A DNA stretch of 64,000 nucleotides from Trichoplax sp. H2. Lineage: Eukaryota. The position numbers and the translations under genes are program-made. Position 1 is the first letter of the stretch, and every line of letters begins with the position of its first letter. Where the stretch lies: positions 186,001 to 250,000 of the forward strand of contig NOWV01000111.1 in the NCBI GenBank assembly GCA_003344405.1, written 5' to 3'. Below the pieces are notes generated by a model. The model ran no database searches, had not been told where the DNA came from, and saw only the letters and a program-made list of their open reading frames with translations. This document shows positions 26,786-39,440 of the stretch, piece by piece.

Positions 26786-29700
26786 ATGACAACTAACTTT
26801 AGTCTAGCTATCGTGTCTTGCTACTTTCTTGTTATTATATCATTGTCCTGTGCGGTAGGGAATGATCACAAGTTACCGTTGGTTATCAACACTTGGCCAT
26901 TCACTGTGGCAACGCGGGCAGGTTTGTTGGAAACAGCTCAAAATGAAATGATCTCATGCTGCATAGTAAAATAAATCAAATGATAACCATCCAACGATGG
27001 TGTTATTTTATTCCAACTATTGAGAATAGCAATCCTACTTAACACGGATGTGCTAGTTCTTATGTTGCATTTCTGGCTGTTTAGTATAACAGGAGATTAA
27101 ACATGAACTGCATGGGTTGATTTAATTACTATTGTCGTTATCTTGAAAACAAATAATAAATATTGAATTGGAAAGTGAAGATAAGTACATTTCTATTGAA
27201 TGTTCTAATCAACATACGTACTGTGGAGTAGATCAATAATTCTGAATTATAGCTGCTTTCAACAAACTATAGAATAAATTAGTAGTGCAAAAGATGGACG
27301 CAACATGTGCATTACCACATAAGACTTTATAGCATATTAATCATCTTGAATGGATTGCAAACACCTCATATGCATAACTAACTACATTAATTCTAACTCT
27401 TGTGTAGCTTGGAAGGTAATCAATTCTACTAGCGGTACCCCATTAGATGCGGTCGAGCAAGGCTGTACGGCTTGTGAAGTTGCACAGTGTGATGGAACTG
27501 TTGGATATGGTGGAAGGTAAGCTGGATACCTTTGCATGCTCTTCCGGTGTGACGACAACCTACCTTCTCTAATTTAACTAATTCTTATATTGAATCAATT
27601 TACCTGCCTGTCTTTCTTGTAAACTAACTCGTAAATCACGGAATATCTACCAGTTTAACTTTCAACCCTGCAATATCTATTACATTAATATTCGTATGCA
27701 TGTATCTGCTGCCTAATTATACTGTACAACGACATGATACAGTTCTTTGTCAATGGAATAGAAAAAAGTTTAAGAATACACATACATTGCAGGAAGATCC
27801 CAGGTGATACGATGTATATTCTAGCACGGTACTTTCTGCTTAAGGCTCTCATTACAGTATCAATACAACTTATTTTGTTTTACCGAACTGTAACTTCATC
27901 TTTCCGCCTCCATTTACGGAAAGTATAAGACTTAAAATTCTGTCGTAAGACGACTAGCATTCCCTACGTTAGCTAATATTATGAGGTAATTGTCGAAGAT
28001 ACACATACAACTGTGACATCTCTAATATCTTATTTATATTGATATAGCTCACTGGATATTCTATTTAACTTAATCACTTTCAGTTATTCTAAATGTTGTA
28101 TCTTATTTATCGAAATAGTCCTGATGAAAGTGGAGAGACAACGTTGGATGCCATGATCATGGATGGGTAAGTTTCGATACGGTATTTATGCAATGCATGA
28201 GGCTGTTAAATCTATTCTTTTTGTACTCGTTGTCTCTTTCTGTAATTATATCCCATACTAGCAACTCTTGGAAGACTGTAATAGAAATAAAAGTTTTGGT
28301 GATATTTTAACTTGTAATATTAGAACATCTCACGATGTTGGCTCTGTTGGCTGCTTAAAAAGGATCAAATCCGCTATTTCTGTAGCTAGAAAAGTTATGG
28401 AATTGACCAATCATACTTTACTGGTTGGTGATGAAGGTATATTTCTAATATTTTAGGAACTTTGCTCAATCTTAATTGCTAATCAGTGATTACTGCACTA
28501 CGTCGCCAAGAAATTGTAATCTATTTTTGTCAACATTATCACAAGCCACCAGATTTGCAATTAGTACAGGATTCAAGCAAGAAAATTTACATACGAATAA
28601 ATCAGTGTAGGTTGAATTAATTATTGATCAATCAATAATTATAATAGATTCACTGCTATACGCGCTTCACAGGCACTGTTTAACTTTTGGTGTGTTTAAA
28701 TTGTTTTTCCTATATTAATAGCGGTATTTACAAATCGTGGTTGGAAAATAACTGCCAACCCAATTTTTGGAAGGTATACTTCTAACGTATCTAATATAGT
28801 AGTTCACAATAGCCCTTTTTCTCTGGTCTCAATATTGAAACAGACTTGTGGCGACTATTATATTATTAAATAAAAAGTGAGAGCATAAGTTCACTTTTGT
28901 AGGGAGTTACTCCCAATCCGAGAAGTAGCTGTGGACCATATAGACCTGCTGATACGTAATTTTTGAAACGATACTTGATAAAGAGCCTATTTTGTGTAGA
29001 TCTAACTTCAAATACGACTTTTAACTTAGCAGTACATTCTTAATTTTAAATTTTACTAGATGTCAATCTCTTGACTGTAAACAAGATACAAACCACGATG
29101 TTAGCAGTGATAATCATGACACCATAGGTAAAATTACACATGAAGTAGTAAATTATCCAATTTTATTAACTGTAAATGATGTCATTTCACTCTAGGAATG
29201 ATTGTCGTAGATAAAAATACTATCGCCGGTGGAACATCCACCAATGGTGCAAATCATAAGATATCTGGGTAATGAATAAATTACTTTGATTTAATGAGAT
29301 ACAGAGCGGACTGCAATTCAAAGTAATAACTTTTTGAATGCAATAATGATTGGGAAATTTTTAAATCATGACGGATACTACCTTACTGCTATATCATAAA
29401 ATTTTAAATAAACTACTTTGATATTTTCAACAAACTTAGCCGTGTAGGCGATTCTCCCATTGCTGGTGCTGGCCTTTACGTAGATAAAGATATAGGTGGC
29501 TCTGCAGCAACCGGAGACGGCGATGTCATGATGAGATTTTTACCAAGGTATTCATGATCATATCTAAACATTATCTAATCTGAGTTTTGCCTAAATTCTT
29601 TCATTGATATTATCATTCAGTTACCAAGTAGTCGAAAGCATGCGACTTGGTATGTCTCCTAAGAAAGCAACTACGGAAGCCATCATGAGGATCAAAAAAT

Positions 29701-30022
29701 ATTATCCCCATTTTAATGGAGCTTTAATTGCTGTTAACATGGCCGGCGAAGTCGGTATATATATACATTGCAATAGTTTTAAAAATCATTGTAACGTAAA
29801 CTAATTTGTATTACCTGTAAACAGAAAAATTTGAATTGGCTTTACGAGCTACTGTTAAACTGTTGATGTATGACATTTTATATTGACTAATAGCCGGTTT
29901 CGCCTTTATGCATTTTCATAAATATAGGAGCAGCCTGTCATGGATTTAAAGGAAAATTTCCTTATTCTGTTGCACATTCGGGAATGAATGATGTCAAAGT
30001 CTATGTCACGAATTGTGTTTAA
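26786..30022 (+). CDS. AGA: Aspartylglucosaminidase (glycosylasparaginase), 12 exons: 26786-26921, 27408-27516, 28119-28166, 28324-28436, 28546-28606, 28722-28773, 28903-28955, 29060-29127, 29196-29268, 29440-29547, 29621-29754, 29928-30022
   Basis: Signal peptide, [45 protein letters not shown], autoproteolytic HD|T site, [34 protein letters not shown]; all introns GT-AG and in phase. Confidence 0.95.
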
Positions 30023-31634
30023 TCCAAATAATTACGTGTAAAATGTACTAGGTTCAAATATTTAAATTTATCGATTTTGTTCATGCAGTCGTTTATAGAG
30101 CATTTAAATGTACTTTCGTATACGGTAATTCTCCCAGCCACGATCAAGTGTCCTACTTTAAGATCGAAATATTTAATGATAATCCTTATACTGCACTGTA
30201 GATAAACGAATACGGCTTATTTTTCTTCGAATGTAAACATTGATACTTTAAATTTGTAGCTAATCTCGAAACGTAATACTATTCTAACAATGTTTATGTA
30301 ATGATAATATAAAAGTGTTTATATTGATATAAAATATTTATAATTATTATGCCTTACAACTGGCGTTAATACTACTTGCGATAGGTATTACAGAAGCAGG
30401 TAGCCCAGCCTAGTCTAGCTTTGGCCCTAGCAGGGTTCAACCATAGAGGTTCTTCTTACCGGTACTGCATCTCTATGATATTAACATAGCACAACAGCTA
30501 CATTATACCATATCATATTTTGCTGGCATTGCTTTCTGCACACTGTACTTCTGTGCAGAACTACGTACTTTACTGTACACTGTACATTACAGTATACCAT
30601 CAGAGACTACTCCATCAAAAAAATGCTCACCCTGACCTAGAAAGAGAAGGAGGGTTATATCGCTTTACAGGGAAATAGCGAAGCCATTCATGGATTGTAA
30701 AGCGACGAAGAATTTATAATTTATTATAAGTTTGAATTAAAAAGGCATGAGAATTTATTTTTGCTAAAATTTTATTCTTACATAGTATTTTGAGCTTATG
30801 ATAGTAAAAATTTTACGTTAGCTTCATAGATTGTTGTAAAATTTCATTTAAATAAATATTTTGGCGTTAATTACTACTTCCTTTTTAATACAGCATTCTA
30901 TACGGTGTTCCCTAATCATTCTAACTAGCATACTAGATTCTATATTTCTACACTACAAAGATTGTTTCTGTTTTATCTATTTCGACTTTTAACTGTTACA
31001 GGCATTTTGAAGAATAATATTGATTTACACTCAGTATTAATTCTTAATCTACATTACTATTCGAAGCATCGAATGCTGCTGATTCGGATGTATAAGAATA
31101 AATTCAGTGCGTTCGTGAAGAAAGAAGATATTCCAAGATATTCTTTAAGAAGTTCAGTATAACACTGTAAGTCGACGACATCGAAATCAACCTTAAATAC
31201 ACAAAAGTCTTTCAACTGCCCTCGTCAAAGCTACTGTGCTGTACTGTAAAAGATACTGCAATTAATGTCTCACACTTCTCAACACCTAATAGCTAGTACT
31301 TACTACCTCCAATTTACCCCCAAATTGATCTTGAAGTAGTCCCTAATCATAAATTGAAAAAGTCGCAGAAAAAAAACATGTTTTAAATTTAAACCGCACA
31401 ATCTAGGTACTGCTGTACTGAGAAGTAACAGTTTAGATAAATTGCAATAGTTTTTGAAATCACTGTGATGTAAACTAATTTAAACTGCCTGTAGACCAAT
31501 AAACTAAATTGACTTTACAAACTACTATTAAACTGTCGATGTGAGATTTCTTTTTATTGACTAATTTTCGCGCACTTATTTTTGTCATGCATTGCCTTCC
31601 GGTATGAACTTTTAAATTGTTGGTTTTGCCTTAA

Positions 31635-31920
31635 TGCAAATCTATAAATATAGGAGTAGAATGTAATAGATTTAATGGAAGACTTTCCCTATTTTGTTAC
31701 ACCTTCGGGAATCAATGATGCCAAAGTCTTTGTTACGAATTGTGTTAAATCCAAATAATTGCGTGTAAAATATACGCCGGTCAAATATTTCAAGTTGTCG
31801 ATTTTTGATTTTCATGCTGTCGCTTATATAGCTTTTGTATACTCTATTACGATAATTTTCTCAGCCATGGATCAAGTATTTGCTTTTAGTTCGAAATATT
31901 AAATAGCATTCCTTACACTA
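31635..31920 (+). pseudogene. Diverged duplicate of the AGA terminal exon and 3'UTR
   Basis: AAATATAG|GAG acceptor (31653) and TTCGGGAAT.AATGATG.CAAAGTCT.TGT.ACGAATTGTGTT..ATCCAAATAATT match 29920-30190; 1-nt frameshift relative to the real exon. Confidence 0.85.
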
Positions 31921-32668
31921 TAGGTGTTTAGAATATGGACATCGAGTTATTGTAAGATGCGTATACGTATGGCTATTGCACGCCGTGCACTATGACAATC
32001 CTGTATAAGAACTTTCGTCATGAATGATATACTAGAATAAAATATTGCTTGTTATTTTTTAATATGTGGTATAATAGGTTGGATAATAAAGTCATTAGAA
32101 CAATCGCAAATAACTTATTTGGTTTACTATTATTGTACACATGTACCAACATTAGTTCTTCATCATAAACAGCCTTTACAATACAGTATACGCTTGATTG
32201 AATAGCTAACCGAAAAATAAATTAGGGCCGATATCGTAACGTTTTGTTCAATATATTCTCACGATAGCTTCTTGATGTCGATTTATAACTGGCATATTCT
32301 CTGTTAGTGGTAAACTCAAATGTATAAAATAAAAAAACCGAAATCAATGTGTGGGTACATTGTTATCATTACATAGTCACTATCGCCTGTCTATTGGCAA
32401 TATTATGATAATTGTTCATTCATTCTTACAAGATCATTATTTGGCATTATTATTTCGATTGAAATAGAACAGTTATTGTTTTTACAATATTACAGTGAGA
32501 GCCACACCTAAGTTTCTACAGTCTATTTCCAGTTGATTTCAAGTAATTTAATATTGATCAAACGACTCTTGAACTATTGGGAACAGTCGAAAGTAGTAGA
32601 ATATAAGTGCCGCTAAGTGTACATCTGTCGTCAGTATCATTTTCGCATAAGCGTTCTTACATGGCGTT

Positions 32669-33918
32669 ATGAGTACTCAAGAAATCGATTCATCAGAACT
32701 ACCTAAAGTTCGTCAACTAGTTAACCAATTTTTATCCATTTCAATTACCCATCAGGTAAAAATATGTATTACAACATGTACAGTAGTATTATCACGTAAT
32801 CAATTTATTTACAAGAAGATTGTCATCGTTAACGAGCTCTTTATGTACTGTATGCTTTATATTTGCTATCATTTTTTTTTTGGTGGGCAATGTAGAAGAA
32901 TAACTCTATAGATGATAAAAATGAAATAGTTATCTATACTACATCGATCGGTATTATACGGGAAACTGCACAAGACTGTCAATTAGTTCGAAGTATTCTT
33001 CAAACGTTATGCCTGAAATTTATCGAGAAAGATGTTAGTATTCATCCGTTGTATTTAAAAGAATTATATGAGCGAATTGGTACCGTTAAAATTAAACTTC
33101 CTCAAACTTTTGTTGGTGGCCTCTACGTAGGGGTAAGTTAGCTATTGACTAATGTTAAAGGCTAATACGTATATGATAATAATTTAAGAATTTTAAAATG
33201 AAAGTACGGTAGGTTCGTTCACTTTATAAGGCAAATTTTTATATTGAAAATCGGTTAACAATTTATGAATATGAAACTAGTATCTTATCCTCTTTGTACA
33301 TTGGATGAATACAGCCGATTTTAGTAAGCAAATAGCTAATTGTTTTAATCCTCATCCACGAAAATATATAAGGGGGCAAGTGCTGTTGAATCGTTGAATG
33401 AATCTGGAAAATTGCGCGAACTAACGACCAATTTTGAGGTAAGCGATTCATAGACTACAGCAATTACCCAACCTTGAGTAGTTCATTTCCATTCATGAAT
33501 CATTTATAATTCAGAAAATTGTTTCAATACCTTGTCGATATTTTATTTCCTATCGTCCACTTTATAGTTAATATCTTTTCATGGCTTATTAAATAGTTTC
33601 AATTATTAACTAACTATTGGATGTTTTATACGTTTGTAGAGACAAGGTGCAACGGAAATTAATTGTGCATCATGTTATGATTACCGTTTTGTACCATGCC
33701 ACTCATGCCATGGTAGTCGACGGAATAGAAGTTCCTCTTTTAATCGAATTGCTGAACTGAAATGCGGTCAATGTAATGAAAACGGATTACAGCTATGTCC
33801 ACAATGTTCTATCCCAATGCGATCAAGGGCTAATTCAGCTCCAAAGCGTCAATTTGAGAGTGAAAAACATTACAATTTACAAGTACCATGTACTAATTAT
33901 ACACTCAAGTTATCATAG
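32669..33918 (+). CDS. Glutaredoxin domain and cysteine-rich protein (GRXCR1/GRXCR2 family); exons ~32669-32755, 32896-33132, 33373-33438, 33640-33918
   Basis: IVIYTTSIGIIRETAQDC...LPQTFVGGLYVGGASAVESLNESGKL, then four CxxC pairs (CASC, CHSCHGS, CGQCNENGL, CPQC). Exon 1 boundaries less certain. Confidence 0.88.
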
Positions 33919-35164
33919 CTTATTAAGATTAGGAAGTTGATTAGTTTTTCAATCTCGACCTGTACCAAAGAGTAATTTCCGATTGATGATTACCACGCAA
34001 CCTACCTCGACGCTAACAAATTGGTATCTATTTCAATTTGCAATTTACAGATACTTGTATATTGTGTATAAAATGATAAAAAGGAACCATTTGTCGGTAC
34101 TATCTCATGTATAGGGCGATTGTATGCAAAAAATGATGAGTACATTGATTCTCTTCTTAATCAAAGGAATGATTTACAATGATAAAAACAGCAAGATTTA
34201 TTGTGTTTGACTTTGGAATACAAAATGGATTACAAATTGTAGTTATCAACGTATACTGGTTAAATATTATAGAATGTACATTTTATAAAAGCAAGCTGAG
34301 CATCGCCATGCACGTACAGTACGTACATGTATCCATTTTTATAATTTTATCTTTTCAAATTGCAATCACTACTGTACACTATACCATTGTTGACTGCATT
34401 CAGAGCTTGGATATAGGATAATGATTAATTTTCTTGGCCTAATGGAATAGAAAGAGAAAAAGATGGCATGATCAGTTGATATCTGTTGTCACCACTGCAT
34501 TGGTAATTATAGCTAGCAGAGTACTGTATGATAGCCCTTTGAAAATTGTCTAGTAGCTGTGTTTGAAATAAAGATAAACAAAGCATAAGCTGAATATGAA
34601 GTACATGCATGAGACTATATGCATAATACTAATTGACATCGTGTATTGATTCACTATCAGGGTATTGTAAAAGCAATTCCATTCGTAAAGTATACCATGT
34701 TACTTGGAATAGATCGCCTAATGAAAGTATTCTGGTTGGGGAATGCATCCAATTACCTATCCCTATTTTGAAAATCGAGATTTTACTGGGAGTTGTTCTG
34801 GTTGAAGCTAGTGTACAACCATCACTAGTTTGTAGTTAGTGCAATGCCTTACAAATAGCAAGATTGCAGTATTTTGCGTTGCACTATTTTGCGATTGCAG
34901 TTTGAAATAGAATAATTGTAAACTACTACGATAGGAGATTGTAGCAATAGGTACGTTGTGGTGTTGATTCTACTGGTAGCAACGTGAACGTATGTCAACC
35001 GAAGAAGAAATGGATTACAAAAGTACTGTCCAACGAATGGCCTACTAGATCACCAGTAGTGCACCACCACTATACACTCATTCTAATCCTAATACGATTA
35101 TGCAGTGAAAGGCGTATTGAAAATAAGCCCAAGTTGAGCGGTAGGTTATAGTGACTTTGAATAC

Positions 35165-35637
35165 CTTTATCAGAAATGTCTTGCACCATTCTGGTTACAT
35201 AAGGTTTCATTCGCATCATTCTCTCATATCGTGCGGTGGTATTTTCTTCATATTTATGAACTTGATAGCCAATAGCCAGTCCAATCAATGTGTAAAGGAC
35301 ATGCGTTTGTGGCTCTAAAAATAAATCAAGCATGCATTAATAGAAGTTACTGGAGGCCTAGGATGATGTATTGATGCCATCAACGATAGCGGCTATTGAA
35401 CATGATGATATCCAATTGATTTTATCGTAAGCATTGGCCACTGGCTACCCGGACTGCAGTGACCATGTCGACTGTGCACACTGTACTACTGTATATACTG
35501 TATGATGATAGCAAATCAATCTCCTACAATTGAACGCATCGATAGTTACTTCGAAATAGACGATGATGTCTTAATCCATTGCTAAAGCAAGCTACCCATA
35601 TACCACCAGCGCCAAAAAAGAGAATGGTTCGCAGCAT
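35165..35637 (-). CDS. Short mitochondrial complex I accessory subunit, NDUFC2/B14.5b-like; exons 35550-35637 and 35165-35314, terminal exon not determined
   Basis: Spliced product MLRTILFFGAGGIWVACFSNGLRHHRLFRKPQTHVLYTLIGLAIGYQVHKYEENTTARYERMM...: two short TM helices with SN.LR......P..HV, as I recall for plant/protist B14.5b. Phase-1 GT-AG intron; dense ACAGT cluster upstream. Confidence 0.6.
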
Positions 35638-35752
35638 ATTCACCAAGAGAAAGAAGAAATTGAAAAAGTGGCAAGATGGCGACAGCAGCACTGGTTCAGT
35701 GGTTGCGATCAGCCTGCAGTCTAGTGCTTTGGCTTGGACAGGCCGCGTCGAG

Positions 35753-36255
35753 ACTACAGTACAGTACACTGTAGTTTGGACCTCTGTACTGTACAGTACA
35801 GTACACTGGACGCTGCACAGTACGCTACACTTTACACTGTACACTGTAGGCACTTTGAATACTGTACAGTACAGTACAGTACAGTACAGTACTGAGTACT
35901 GTACGTCGACGACTAAAAAGAATCACAGAATCTGTATGGCGTACAGTACAGTACAACCATTACCTTGATTAACCTGTACTGCTGTACAGGATGAGTACAG
36001 TACAACGGACCAATATACACTATTGTACAGTACTGTACTGTACAGTATAGTCTTCCAGAGCAGTACAGACGGTACCGTACAGTACTGTAATGTACTGTAC
36101 AGTGTACAGTGTACTGTGTCGGTGAATACACTGTGCACTGTACACTGTAAACGAGCATTCTTATAGTACACTGTATGGACTCTTTTACGCCCGTACTGGA
36201 CTCTACTGAATGGAGCAAACGTGAGCCAATGACTTTTGTACGTTGCAGTACTGCA
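35753..36255. repeat. Dense (ACAGT)n/(ACTGT)n pentamer cluster with many GTAC palindromes, upstream of the NDUFC2-like gene
   Basis: For example ACTGTACAGTACAGTACAGTACAGTACAGTACTG from 35861; dozens of TACAGT/ACTGTA words in both orientations. Confidence 0.9.
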
Positions 36256-36507
36256 CTGGATAACTCGACTAAATCATCCATTGAAAGTCGAACATGCGAC
36301 ACTCTCCAGTGATGTAGAATGCAGCTAGAAATGGCTAACCTACTGTAGGCTAGCTGACCGCTGCAAAATGGCCAGATAAACTACTGGAAAGGCAATAGTT
36401 TGGTTATCCCTGCTACGAAGTAGTCACTTCTGCCAACAATATCGGGTTGACTTTATTTTTTACCTCGGCTAACTCATCTCTTGACCGTCCATTTTCCATC
36501 AGCTGAT

Positions 36508-36742
36508 AGGCATACTGTACAGTACTGTCGTAATCGGCTTCTGTTCTGCGACCATAGTCTTTTCTTGCAGGGTTGTCATTTGAGCAAGTACTTTGCTACT
36601 ATTTTACAACACATGATTTTATCTTGTAGGCATACTGTACTGTCGTAATCGGCTTATGTTCTGCGACCATAGTCTTTTCTTGCAGGGTTGTCATTGAGCA
36701 AGTAGTTTGCTACTATTTTACAACACATGATTTTATCTTGTA
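36508..36742. repeat. ~115-120-bp tandem duplication
   Basis: GGCATACTGTAC...TCGTAATCGGCTT...ACACATGATTTTATCTTGTA occurs twice back to back. Confidence 0.9.
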
Positions 36743-39122
36743 CGGACCACAGAATTGGCTGACTTGCAAGTCAACCAATTACCTTTTTCTTCTTCAAAAG
36801 CCTCTGGTCTGGTCAAGGATTTGCAAAAACAGAAAATGGTCTGGTCTGGTGCTACAGGACTGCATCAGACATGGCGCAGACAACTGCATTCTACAAGTCT
36901 ACTAAAGTGTCCAAAATTGCACAACGTGTACAACAATCTTTGCAATAACAAACTGCGCAAACACACAATCCATCGGTTACGGATGCTCCTTCATAAGTCT
37001 ATCGTTGGACTCGATTTTTATAGTACAGTATAGCAATAAGTTGGTTTTCCTTTAGTCAAGATCTCCGCAGTTAGCCAGGGAACCTGAAGAGTAGACAGTT
37101 TACTTTAGGGTCGATCACCAAAGCTCTTTTGTGATACCATCCTAAAAGTAGACAATGATGCTTATGTTGATCCCTTTGCCCACAGCTTACCACCTGACCT
37201 GGTCCTATCAACCTGGTCGTGATAACATGGACTACTCAAAAGAAAAAGTGAGTAGTCCTTGGTGGTAGCATGCCATGGAGACAGAATATTTTTTGCAAAG
37301 CATGTGCTAATGTACAATGTATAAACCGGATGACAATTATTGAGGAGTGGCTGCTCCAACCCATTCAACCACATCGGTAGTACTGTAAAATAGAAAGAAT
37401 TCATGCCGATGGTGATCTCAATCATCCTACAGAGTGCGCAACCATAAAGAAAAGTCGTTAATTGACTTAGTGTTGTTGAATAGTCGCAGCATGTGCTCTC
37501 GCTACTACGTGTTGTCTGTCTTCTCTCGCATTTTATATCTTTCTTCTTTTTGCAGTAATCCCGCCCTAACTGCCCTGTCTGGTAATCCTCACGTATTCCA
37601 GCATTGCTGCAGGTGGGCACTTCAATGAATCAATCAATCACTTGTTTGCATCGCACTGTATCCTACATATCTGTCTATTCAAACTCTACTTCATCACCTT
37701 TTGCGTCTGTACTGCTCATGGAGTATTGCAGACATTCACCGACGCCTTTCTATTATTTAGATACCCCTCCAACCTAGCTTCTATTTACAACATTACAATC
37801 AGCCATTAGAGGACCTTCAACGAGACTATGTATGATTGAATGTCTATGGATCGGAGTGGCAGTCTTTGCTCATAAAGTACAAGGAATTTTCATTTATAAT
37901 TTACCGTTTGCCCATAAGAAGACATCCAGCTAGACGGCGTACAATTAAAAGTCAAAGTGACTGTTGTTCCTCATCAATTAATAAATGGAGCTTCCTTTGG
38001 CCCACAAGTCACAACAGGGCGTTCAACTAGACTAGGCACAATTGCAAGTTTATGAGACGGAGTGATAGTCGTTTCTTAATCAAGGTTAAAATGAGCTTCC
38101 GTTGACAACATTCTAGTTACCTCGTATAGAAAGAGAGAGATTCTATATACAAATATAAAATTCAGTATAATCAAGCAATCGGTGTACTAGTCGTTTCTTA
38201 ACAAATTAAATTAATTACAGTACTGTACACTAAAAAGGAGTTTACATGGATAATATCATTTTGGCCCAAAAAGTCAAGGACTGAGCGATGCCAAGAGCTA
38301 TCAATTAAACTACGGCGATTGACCGTCCCAATTGTCGATAGATCGGTGTAGCTATCATTTTATCGCAAAATAAGGGATTCAAAATGGAGCTGATTTATAC
38401 AGTAGAACTGATCTGCATTCGGTAGTATTCTCAACTGCATGCGGTGAGACATCGTTACCTTCTCCAACGCAACAGTAAAAAAATTGCACTGTCTCATATT
38501 GCGAATATGCCACAATGTATCCTGCTATCATCTGTACTGAAATTAAAAGAATTATTGCAGTTTAGAGGCATGTGGTAACGCTATAGACAATCGCTCAGTA
38601 TTGCTTATACACCTAAAATAATCACTTAATTATTGATAAATCGCCAAATTATTCTATCCCAAAAGAGATTTCGAGCTACAGGGATTGGCCCCTCCGTCAG
38701 AGTGATAATTATTTTCGTCATACGTGTAAAATCAGATTGAATTAAAACCGCCTGGTAAATCAAGCTGATCGCGGCCATGGCAATGAGTTCTTACTGTAGA
38801 TATAGAATTATTCGTATAGCTAAAACTACAACCGCCATACCAAATGTTTATGATTTTATAGCAGCGGTTACATGACGAAATGTGCCTATTCAAGACCAGT
38901 ATTTCAGCGTAGATTGCACTGCGTACAATCAGCAAATTCTAGAACAGCACCCGTCAAACGTGATGAACTTTTTCTTTGCGATGTACAGTAACTTAGTAGT
39001 CCGCAGAATAAAGGTTAATACGCATAGTTCACTGTCCAACGACCATTTTGGAGCAAGAAGTTTCTCACAATGTTTCTGGGCTACTTTCAGCTACTTTATC
39101 ATTAACTAAATGTGACCTAGCA

Positions 39123-39440
39123 ACATATTAATAACCCCTTGCCTTAGGAAAATCTTCATTTTTGCGGATGTGACAAAATAATCTCCTTAACATTCATGGA
39201 TGCTATAAATGTAATACAATTTCATTTTTATTTCCCTACTGCATTCGATCATATCGAATTGAGACAGCGATATTCCTACATATTAATAACCTCTTGCTTT
39301 AGGAAAATCTTCATTTTTGCGAATATGACAAATAATCTCCTTAACATTCATGGATGCTATAAATGTAATACAATTTCATTTTTATTTCCCTACTGCATTC
39401 GATCATATCGAATCGAAACAGCGATATTCCTACATATTAA
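39123..39440. repeat. ~155-bp tandem duplication
   Basis: ACATATTAATAACC...AGGAAAATCTTCATTTTTGCG...ACAGCGATATTCCTACATATTAA repeated twice. Confidence 0.9.

Noticed and set aside
30349-30360. ATGCCTTA resembling the U12 snRNA 5' end
   Set aside because: Downstream branch-point-binding sequence and Sm site are absent.
35524-36302. ORFs rich in TVQYS/CTVLY (35579-35968 +, 35913-36302 -, 35923-36171 -; likewise 60358-60647)
   Set aside because: Translations of the stop-poor ACAGT pentamer repeat; only 35550-35637 is a real exon.
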